DNA from: Patescibacteria group bacterium
GTDB lineage: Bacteria > Patescibacteriota > Patescibacteriia > UBA10025 > JAHIVO01
Assembly (NCBI GenBank): GCA_041650915.1
Contig: JBAZKE010000002.1
Location: 80,638 to 144,637, forward strand
Direction: 5' to 3'
Length of the DNA: 64,000 nt
Below, piece after piece: positions 1-7,080 of this stretch. The position numbers and the translations under genes are program-made. The notes under the pieces were generated by a model, which was not told where the DNA came from, made no database searches, and worked only from the letters and a program-made list of their open reading frames with translations. Within the stretch, counting starts at the first letter, position 1. Each line of letters begins with the position of its first letter.

Positions 1-1
1 C

Positions 2-166
2 GCCTCAGCTGGGCTCAGCCCACATGTGTCCCCGCAGTCCCTCCGAGATGCCCATACGGCAGAGCTTCTCGCACGGGGCGCCGATATCAGCATGATTCAG
101 GCGCAGCTCGGATTCACATCGCGGGAAGTCGCACAGCAGTACGCGAAACGGATCCGATACGGTTGA
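2..166 (+). CDS. C-terminal part of a tyrosine recombinase/integrase (XerC/D-like) with degenerate catalytic motifs; runs in from the window edge
   Basis: My translation of frame 2 is ASAGLSPHVSPQSLRDAHTAELLARGADISMIQAQLGFTSREVAQQYAKRIRYG*. It aligns with the Xer box II pattern PHxLRHxxATxLLxxGADxxxIQxxLGHxxxxTTxxY. Confidence 0.75.
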   Translation, partial: ASAGLSPHVSPQSLRDAHTAELLARGADISMIQAQLGFTSREVAQQYAKRIRYG

Positions 167-217
167 CGGAGCATGGATTTTTTGGTACAGTCCCGTTGTT
201 TTAAACAATGAGGGTAA

Positions 218-721
218 ATGAACGTGGCAAAAAACAACAGAGGTAAAAATAAAATCGTGATGTGCGACGACATATTCGGGAATCTGTACCGCATCCCCGC
301 ACGAAAGCTGCAATTCAGGCCATCTGTCTATGGCATCATTGTAGAGCGCGGCAAGGTACTGCTCTCAAAAATTTTCGGCGGGTACGACCTGCCGGGCGGG
401 GCGATTGAGCTCCATGAAACGATTGAGCAGGCGCTCATACGCGAAATCTGGGAAGAAACGGGCTTCAAGGTAAAACCCCAACAGCTGCTCTCATCAAATT
501 CGAATTTCTTCGTGCTCGTAACAACGAAACAGCCGGTCAACAGCATCCAGCTCTACTACCGGTGCAAAAAACTATCGGGCAGGCTGTCAACAAAAAATTT
601 CGATCACTACGAGAAAAAATACGCCGGCATGGCAGAGTGGGTAGACATCAACAAAATGGGTGGACTCAAGTACTACAGTTCAATTAATATCCCGGCGTTA
701 ATCAAACAGTCTGTACAATAA
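218..721 (+). CDS. NUDIX hydrolase
   Basis: Nudix box GGAIELHETIEQALIREIWEETG; start codon uncertain. Confidence 0.9.
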   Translation: MNVAKNNRGKNKIVMCDDIFGNLYRIPARKLQFRPSVYGIIVERGKVLLSKIFGGYDLPGGAIELHETIEQALIREIWEETGFKVKPQQLLSSNSNFFVLVTTKQPVNSIQLYYRCKKLSGRLSTKNFDHYEKKYAGMAEWVDINKMGGLKYYSSINIPALIKQSVQ

Positions 722-816
722 ATTATCGCTCGGCGGAAGATGTCCCGGACCCGACCGATACGTTATGCAAAAAGGTAACTTGGGGGAACAATAATTAATG
801 TTTTCCCCATACGCAT

Positions 817-888
817 GCCTCCGTAGCTCAACGGATAGAGCGCCAGCCTTCTAAGCTGGACATAGAGGTTCGATTCCTCTCGGGGGCA
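817..888 (+). tRNA. tRNA-Arg(TCT), no encoded CCA
   Basis: Acceptor GCCTCCG/CGGGGGC, anticodon arm CCAGC-CTTCTAA-GCTGG, T-loop TTCGATT. Confidence 0.95.
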
Positions 889-914
889 CGAGAATCATTA
901 TTGACTAAAAACGT

Positions 915-1253
915 ATGGCATGTTTTACAGCACCGGCAGCGGCGGCAATAGCGATTGCCGGCATTAAAAAAAAGATCCCCCCGAAATACCATATCGAATG
1001 GCTCACCACCATGCTCTGGGGCGGCGTCGTGATGCTCGCGGTCGAACACGTAACTCATGGCGAGGTCGTTTGGTATCCGCCATTCCTGACGGCAATGGAA
1101 AATCCGGCTGATATACCTGTTATGCTTAAAGAAATCGCAACAGTCGGCGGTGCCATGACCATTGCAATCGTTGTAGCATGGGCAGTTATGGCAGTAGTAG
1201 CAAATAATATGGCGAAAAAACGAGAAACAAGGACTCATACAATAACAGCATAA
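915..1253 (+). CDS. small membrane protein, paralogous to the next gene
   Basis: About three hydrophobic segments; motif MLWGGVVMLAVEH. Confidence 0.75.
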   Translation: MACFTAPAAAAIAIAGIKKKIPPKYHIEWLTTMLWGGVVMLAVEHVTHGEVVWYPPFLTAMENPADIPVMLKEIATVGGAMTIAIVVAWAVMAVVANNMAKKRETRTHTITA

Positions 1254-1259
1254 AAACAT

Positions 1260-1556
1260 ATGTGGTTACTAACGACTGGCACCGCCGCGCTCATCGCTAC
1301 CCTCTTGTGCCGCACGCTGAAAAACAAATATAGATTGGGGCTGTTAAGCTTGATGCTGTGGGGAGCAACGATTATGATCGCAGTTGACCATATCATGGGA
1401 TACGAGGGCGGCCAATTTCTGGAGATTACAACGGACGGGATGGTCACCAGCGGTACGTGGCTCGGGATAATAATGTTAGTTCCGGTATTCCTCATCTGGC
1501 TCGTTGCGATTATTGTACCGAGGCTGAAACATACGCAAACAGCGCACAACCAATAA
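1260..1556 (+). CDS. small membrane protein, paralogous to the previous gene
   Basis: About three hydrophobic segments; motif MLWGATIMIAVDH; starts 6 nt after the previous stop. Confidence 0.75.
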   Translation: MWLLTTGTAALIATLLCRTLKNKYRLGLLSLMLWGATIMIAVDHIMGYEGGQFLEITTDGMVTSGTWLGIIMLVPVFLIWLVAIIVPRLKHTQTAHNQ

Positions 1557-1718
1557 CCGAAGCCTGTTCGATGGACATATCATGGCGGAATGTAAAGCTG
1601 CCCTGATTAACAATGCATACGCCCGGCCACACGGCGAGACGGGCCTGAATTAATAAAATAAAACGTTCATAGCAAACTCACGGCCAGGCGGCAAGGCGGA
1701 CCGTAATGCCGGGAACTC

Positions 1719-1747
1719 TTGAAAAATAATCCTCCTTTGTCTATACT
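1719..1747 (+). promoter_or_regulatory. sigma70-like promoter in front of the duplicated tRNA-Lys 5' end
   Basis: TTGAAA-N17-TATACT, 13 nt upstream of 1761. Confidence 0.6.
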
Positions 1748-1760
1748 TCAAACCACTTAC

Positions 1761-1836
1761 GCGCGCATAGCTCAGCCGGTATCCCTTGTCCCGCAAAGCG
1801 GGACCGGGACCCCGGCCCAAAGGGCCAGGGGGAGCA
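1761..1836 (+). repeat. duplicated tRNA-Lys 5' segment with a 50-nt double-hairpin insert in the D-loop
   Basis: GCGCGCATAGCTCAGCCGGTA (1761-1781) equals 2109-2129. After the insert (1782-1831), GAGCA resumes as in the tRNA. Confidence 0.85.
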
Positions 1837-1851
1837 ATTACACACAGGTAC

Positions 1852-2118
1852 ATGCACTACCTATACATACTACACAGTAAAAAAGATGCAAACTTGTATG
1901 TTGGGACAACAAACAATGCCGAAAGAAGGCTTGCTGAGCATAATGCCGGGCAAGTAGCGTCAACAAAAAACCGCAGGCCTCTGGCAATCGTATATTTGAA
2001 ACCGTACCCAACAAAACGGGAAGCCGCTAAACAGGAATGGTTGATAAAACATACCCCCGGCGCCGGAAAAAATAAAAAAGACCTCATTAAACAGTATCAA
2101 CAAACCAAGCGCGCATAG
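1852..2118 (+). CDS. small stand-alone GIY-YIG nuclease (88 aa)
   Basis: YLYIL...LYVG.T...RRL.EHN.G...ST..RRP...Y...EA...E..IK motifs; ATG at 1852. The stop TAG is nt 8-10 of the tRNA-Lys gene. Confidence 0.92.
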   Translation: MHYLYILHSKKDANLYVGTTNNAERRLAEHNAGQVASTKNRRPLAIVYLKPYPTKREAAKQEWLIKHTPGAGKNKKDLIKQYQQTKRA

Positions 2119-2181
2119 CTCAGCCGGTAGAGCAGTTGCCTCTTAAGCAAACGGTCGGGGGTTCGAATCCCTCTGCGCGCA
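2109..2181 (+). tRNA. tRNA-Lys(CTT), no encoded CCA
   Basis: Acceptor GCGCGCA/TGCGCGC, anticodon loop CTCTTAA, T-arm GGGGG-TTCGAAT-CCCTC. Confidence 0.95.
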
Positions 2182-2389
2182 TAGCAAAAGCACTCAGCAA
2201 AAACGAGCTGGGTGTTTTTGATTACCCGCAGACGTACTGCAAGCCGGGATTCGAACGGGCACGAACGAGGCGCAGCCGAGTGACAAACAATTCGAGCTTA
2301 CGCAGAATTGTTTGGTGCCCAGGACGAGAATCCCTCTGCGCGCATAGCAAAAGCACTCAGCAAAAACGAGCTGGGTGTTTTGATTACCC
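2165..2389 (+). repeat. tRNA-Lys 3' module: direct repeat of the tRNA 3' end plus terminator-like hairpin, enclosing a structured core
   Basis: 2165-2227 is repeated at 2328-2389 with one T deleted. Anti-T-arm GGGATTCGAAC at 2246-2256; stem GGGCAC/GTGCCC at 2257-2262/2315-2320. Confidence 0.9.
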
Positions 2390-2399
2390 ACTGGCAACA

Positions 2400-3203
2400 C
2401 TACACTGGCCGCAGCGTACTGGCCCACACCTGCCACGCGAGAAGCGACTTTGCGACGAGGCTCAAGATAATATACGCACGCTCGCCGTACAGGTAGTCGC
2501 GCCACTTGCCAACCTTCTTATACTGCAAGATCATGTTGACTGCGAAGGAATTGAAGAACAGGAAGATTGAGAAGTAAATCCAATACACGAACGCCGGCGC
2601 CTTTGCGTCGCCTTCCCCGGCCGTAAACAGGTAAAGCCCGACAACGATCCATGGCACAGCTCCCGCGAGCACGCCAAACCAGTATGAAGTCCAGTCGGTC
2701 TTTTCGGTCCGCTGGTTATGCAGCTCCATCATCCAGCCAAACAGGATCATCATCATATTCAAGAAAAAAATCATAACCAGCCCGAGGCCGTCGTAGAGGC
2801 CGGTGAGCATGGCGATAATCACAATCATGAGCGACGAGCTGAATGCGTACTCAATCCAGCGCGCAGGGTTGATTCCTCTTCTTAGGTTTGATGCGTACTT
2901 CCGGTAGCCTGCGGGCAGCGAAATGAGGAGATGGGCGAGCGCTGACAAAAACAGAAATGCCGCTACCATCGGGCCGAGCTGTACCGTAAATTCAGTCTTG
3001 AGCACCGGCTCTAACTTCAGAGATTGCCGATTCATTTCCACGAATGCGGAGGTAATCGGCAACGCGAAATCAGAGCTCAAAAAGAGCATCAGGAATCCCT
3101 GCACCGCATGCAGTGCAGCCATAATAATGTTGAACCGCCTGAGCTTACCGAATTTTGCTTCGTCTTGCTGCGGAATTGCATCCGCTGTCTGTTCATTTTC
3201 CAT
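2400..3203 (-). CDS. heR: heliorhodopsin
   Basis: LRRFN...HAVQ N-terminus, RWIEY counterion motif, FGWMME, and retinal Lys in LSLVAKSLLAWQ; seven TM segments. Confidence 0.95.
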   Translation of the reverse strand: MENEQTADAIPQQDEAKFGKLRRFNIIMAALHAVQGFLMLFLSSDFALPITSAFVEMNRQSLKLEPVLKTEFTVQLGPMVAAFLFLSALAHLLISLPAGYRKYASNLRRGINPARWIEYAFSSSLMIVIIAMLTGLYDGLGLVMIFFLNMMMILFGWMMELHNQRTEKTDWTSYWFGVLAGAVPWIVVGLYLFTAGEGDAKAPAFVYWIYFSIFLFFNSFAVNMILQYKKVGKWRDYLYGERAYIILSLVAKSLLAWQVWASTLRPV

Positions 3204-3487
3204 AGTGCTACGCACAATAATGTTACATTCTAACTATATAGTTAACCGCGCTATAAAACAAGATCACTGGTTGGGTATTAAAATTCGTATCAGGTCCGAA
3301 ACCATCGTAACAAATAATCATCACACTCGTACGCTCCATCAACATTTGCCCATTGGACTGAATCCGTCTTCATGAAGAGTAGCCTTGAGGCTAACGGTAC
3401 CGGCATTTGAATATTTGTGCAAATCGTGCATTGTGATTACTCTCTAAAGTAGAGTATACTGACAGAGCTAATCTCTGCCGCTTTACT

Positions 3488-4618
3488 ATGAAAAAATGTA
3501 CCGTCATTGCACTCTCCGTGGTTCTCTTCCTGGCGCTTATCCCGGCGGTTGCCGCCGGGCAGCAGGATGACGAAATTTTTAAAGCCCGCGTGCTCGACAT
3601 TCTTGAAGAAAAAACGATAACGGATGAAATGGGTGAGTCGATCACGCTCCAGCGCCTTAAGCTGCGCGGGCTTGAGGGAACGTGGAAAGGCATGGAAATC
3701 GAATTTGACGGCACCGAGTACGAGGTCATGAGCGCCAATGAGTATGAGGCGGGTGACAAGGTCATGGTCGCGGCTTCCCGTGATGCGGAAGGCAACGACG
3801 TCTTCTACGTCACTGACCACGTGCGGCAGGGATCACTCTACTGGCTCGCGGCCATCTTTGCTACCGTCGTCGTGGCCATCGGCAGGCTCAAGGGAATGCG
3901 CGCGATCGCCGTGCTGGTTGCGTCATTTTTTATCATTTTAAAATTTATCATCCCGCTCATCCTGGACGGGAAGAGCCCGCTGCTCATCAGCATTATCGGA
4001 TCCGTCTTCATTCTCGTTATTGCCATCTACATCACCGAAGGATTCAAGCGCAGCTCAACGGTTGCCATCGGTGCCATTACGGTTTCGCTCCTCATTACCG
4101 GCTTCCTTTCCGTGTGGTTTACGAAGCTCGCGAGGCTCACCGGATACGCGAACGACGATGTATTTTTCCTCAAGAGCTCACTCGGCAGCGGCATCAATGT
4201 TGAGGGCCTGCTGCTCGCCGGCATTATTATCGGCGCGCTTGGCGTGCTCGATGACGTCGTCGTCGCGCAGATTGAAACGGTCAACCAGCTCACCGGGGCG
4301 AATCCCTCACTGAAAAAACGCGAGCTGTACGCGCGCGCCATGAAGGTCGGCGTGACCCACATGAGCGCGATGGTTAATACGCTTTTCCTCGCATACGCAG
4401 GCGCTTCACTGCCGCTCCTCATCCTCTTCAGCAACCGGCTCGAGGTGACATTCTCACAGGCGCTCAATAATGAGCTTATTGCAACAGAAATCGTACGTAC
4501 GGTCGCAGGAAGCATCGGCCTGATCCTCGCGGTGCCGCTCGCAACGCTGCTCGCGGTCCACTTCATTCGATCCAAAAAAATGAAGGTAAAAACCGCACCA
4601 GAGATCGCCTCCCAATAA
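3488..4618 (+). CDS. YibE/F family membrane protein
   Basis: Signal peptide, extracytoplasmic domain, then GIIIGALGVLDDV and MVNTLFLAYAGASLP motifs. Confidence 0.88.
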   Translation: MKKCTVIALSVVLFLALIPAVAAGQQDDEIFKARVLDILEEKTITDEMGESITLQRLKLRGLEGTWKGMEIEFDGTEYEVMSANEYEAGDKVMVAASRDAEGNDVFYVTDHVRQGSLYWLAAIFATVVVAIGRLKGMRAIAVLVASFFIILKFIIPLILDGKSPLLISIIGSVFILVIAIYITEGFKRSSTVAIGAITVSLLITGFLSVWFTKLARLTGYANDDVFFLKSSLGSGINVEGLLLAGIIIGALGVLDDVVVAQIETVNQLTGANPSLKKRELYARAMKVGVTHMSAMVNTLFLAYAGASLPLLILFSNRLEVTFSQALNNELIATEIVRTVAGSIGLILAVPLATLLAVHFIRSKKMKVKTAPEIASQ

Positions 4619-4620
4619 AC

Positions 4621-4641
4621 AATTGCAAATCATTTGCAATT
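4621..4641. promoter_or_regulatory. probable Fur/Zur-family operator
   Basis: Perfect 10-1-10 inverted repeat AATTGCAAAT-C-ATTTGCAATT directly upstream of the fur-ZIP genes. Confidence 0.7.
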
Positions 4642-4673
4642 AAAAATTCATCGTGCTACCATGGTTACAACCT

Positions 4674-5051
4674 ATGGATTTTGTACGTGCGCTGCAAAAA
4701 GCAGGCTATAAATGCACCAAACCGCGCTTGGCGCTGCTGTCGCATTTTAAAAACAGTGCGTCCCCGCAAACCCCCCAGCAGATCCACCGTTCGGTCAAGC
4801 GGCAGGGAATTGATCTCACGACCGTTTACCGCACACTCGAGGTATTCAGAAAAGTGGGCATCGTATTCCGTGAAGAAATGATGAGCGAATCCCGATTCTT
4901 TTTGGCGGAAAAAGAACACCACCATATCATCTGCCGCACGTGCGGCACCATCAGGTGCCTCCCGTGCAATGTAAAGCTGCCGAAACCGAAAGGATTCTCA
5001 AAAATCAAGCACGCATTTACCCTGACCGGCATCTGCAGCGACTGCACATAA
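4674..5051 (+). CDS. Fur family transcriptional regulator (Zur-like)
   Basis: TKPR, TTVYRTL helix, HHHIICRTCG and C-terminal CSDC. Confidence 0.92.
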   Translation: MDFVRALQKAGYKCTKPRLALLSHFKNSASPQTPQQIHRSVKRQGIDLTTVYRTLEVFRKVGIVFREEMMSESRFFLAEKEHHHIICRTCGTIRCLPCNVKLPKPKGFSKIKHAFTLTGICSDCT

Positions 5052-5061
5052 CTAAAACAAT

Positions 5062-5811
5062 ATGACCACAACATGGCTCTACACCATCGGCAGCGTTCTC
5101 ATCGTCAGCCTCATATCGCTGATCGGATTGTTTACGCTCGCGATGAATCTCGACCGGCTGAAAAAAATACTCCTCCTACTCGTCAGCTTTGCGGCCGGTT
5201 CGCTGCTTGGGGGCGCATTCCTGCACCTCCTGCCGCACAGCATTGAGGAATCGGGTAACGTCGAGCTCACCGCCCTAATGATTCTCGCCGGTATCATACT
5301 TTTCCTCGTGCTCGAAAAAATACTCTGCTGGCGCCACTGCCACATACCAACATCAGAAGAGCACCCCCACCCGGTCGGCATCAACAACCTCATCGGCGAC
5401 GGCTTCCATAACCTCATCGATGGCATGATCATTGCTGGGTCCTATATGGTCAGCGTGCCGGTCGGCATCGCAACAACGATTGCGGTGCTGCTCCACGAAA
5501 TACCGCAGGAAATCGGCGACTTCGGCATCCTCATCCACGCCGGATACTCAAAAGCGAAAGCAATCTTCTTTAATTTCATTTCAGCGCTCACCGCCGTACT
5601 CGGCGCAGCCATGACTCTCCTCATCGGGACGTCAGTAGAGGAAACGCACCACTACCTGGTGCCCTTTACGATTGGCGGCTTCATTTATATCGCGACAGCA
5701 GACCTCATACCCGAGCTTAAAAAAGAAACAAACCTGAAAAAATCGATCACGCAGGTCATTGCACTCCTCTTCGGCATCAGCATCATGGGGCTGCTGCTCT
5801 TGCTCGAGTAG
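5062..5811 (+). CDS. ZIP family divalent metal transporter
   Basis: GDGFHNLIDG and HEIPQEIGDF signatures; His-rich loop. Confidence 0.95.
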   Translation: MTTTWLYTIGSVLIVSLISLIGLFTLAMNLDRLKKILLLLVSFAAGSLLGGAFLHLLPHSIEESGNVELTALMILAGIILFLVLEKILCWRHCHIPTSEEHPHPVGINNLIGDGFHNLIDGMIIAGSYMVSVPVGIATTIAVLLHEIPQEIGDFGILIHAGYSKAKAIFFNFISALTAVLGAAMTLLIGTSVEETHHYLVPFTIGGFIYIATADLIPELKKETNLKKSITQVIALLFGISIMGLLLLLE

Positions 5812-5836
5812 CACGCACGGTATACTATGAAAGCAT

Positions 5837-6214
5837 ATGAAACTGCAAGCCCACTTCATCTATACCTTCGTAGCGGGAGTCATTATCCTTATTGCGGTGT
5901 TAATGACGGCCGCTGCACTCTACTACCAGTACTGCCAGGATGACGCGCAGGGTTCGGTAGCCGTCATTTCCTCTTTCGAGGACTGCGCCGCCGCAGGAAA
6001 TCCCGTCATGGAAAGCTACCCGCGCCAGTGCGTGGCCGGTGGCAGAACATTTACCGAATCACCGGCAAATGCCAACCAGCTGCTCGGCGGCGATGAGGAC
6101 GAGCACGGATGCAAAGCATCGGCCGGGTATTCATGGTGCGAAGAAAAACAAAAATGCCTTCGGACATGGGAAGAAGCCTGCGAATCGGCTACGGATGCCG
6201 CCACTGGCGATTAG
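5837..6214 (+). CDS. membrane-anchored Cys-rich exported protein
   Basis: N-terminal TM; FEDCAAAGNPVMESYPRQC and GGDEDEHGCKASAGYSWC modules. Confidence 0.75.
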   Translation: MKLQAHFIYTFVAGVIILIAVLMTAAALYYQYCQDDAQGSVAVISSFEDCAAAGNPVMESYPRQCVAGGRTFTESPANANQLLGGDEDEHGCKASAGYSWCEEKQKCLRTWEEACESATDAATGD

Positions 6215-6254
6215 TGCGGCTCTTGCCCTGCAAATTGCATAACGACCATTCTCT

Positions 6255-6704
6255 ATGAAAAAAATGCGCATCGGCACGTTCGCACTCCCGCTCCTCGCGG
6301 TTCTTTTAATTGCAGCTCCGGCAGCGGGGCAAGTACACATCAACTCCGAACTTGGCATGACGTTCGGCCCGCCGCCTGAAGCTGATCTTGAATCAACCGT
6401 CATCAACATCGTACAGTGGCTGCTCTTCCTCATACTCATTGTTTCTTTCTTACTGCTCGCACTCGGCATTACGATGACCGCGTTAAAAACTCATGCAATG
6501 AAAAAAATGAGGGAGCGGCACGCGCTGCAGTATGGCATCAACGCTCCCTGGCAGGCTTCGGAACAGGAACAGTACCACGCATTCAGGCGAAGCAGAACGA
6601 TCTTCATCATCATCCTCTGCGCAGGCGGCGCGGGCATTGTGCTGTCGCTCATCGCATGGACAATTACAATTTTTGTCGTTTCCCAAACTGCTGTGGTATA
6701 CTAA
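6255..6704 (+). CDS. hypothetical membrane protein (signal peptide plus 2 TM)
   Basis: Hydrophobic pattern; co-oriented with neighbours. Confidence 0.6.
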   Translation: MKKMRIGTFALPLLAVLLIAAPAAGQVHINSELGMTFGPPPEADLESTVINIVQWLLFLILIVSFLLLALGITMTALKTHAMKKMRERHALQYGINAPWQASEQEQYHAFRRSRTIFIIILCAGGAGIVLSLIAWTITIFVVSQTAVVY

Positions 6705-6734
6705 ATGCTGCTGCAGAAATTAATAGCAATACGT

Positions 6735-6920
6735 ATGGATCAACAATCTGACAATACGCATAAGAATGGCCCCTGGCCGATTCTCATCACGATACTCTTC
6801 GTCATTATCGTCGCGGTTGGGATGGCATACGTCATCTTAACGACCGACAGCAACGAGAACAGTACGACGAATGCGGCGAATGCCCCGTTAAACGGGAATA
6901 CTGCCCCGACAAACACCTAG
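6735..6920 (+). CDS. small single-TM hypothetical protein
   Basis: One TM followed by an Asn/Thr-rich tail. Confidence 0.55.
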   Translation: MDQQSDNTHKNGPWPILITILFVIIVAVGMAYVILTTDSNENSTTNAANAPLNGNTAPTNT

Positions 6921-7080
6921 CGCGCCAGAATGCCTGTTCGGGCGCAAACTTCCCGTCGTGGCCCATCTTTCAGTCACTGGCTGGCAATACCAAAACCCTG
7001 TAGCAATCCTGGAGGGGGAATTTGTATTAAAAAAGAGCCACCGGTCTGGAACAACCAGTGGCTCTGCACATGACTGAAGC

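Noticed and set aside
1761-2181. Group I intron or split tRNA around the GIY-YIG gene
   Set aside because: The downstream tRNA is complete by itself, and there is no room for an intron core.
2328-2344. attR of a prophage or integrative island
   Set aside because: Only ~145 nt separate the copies, and no integrase or cargo lies between them. The same holds at tRNA-His and tRNA-Val.
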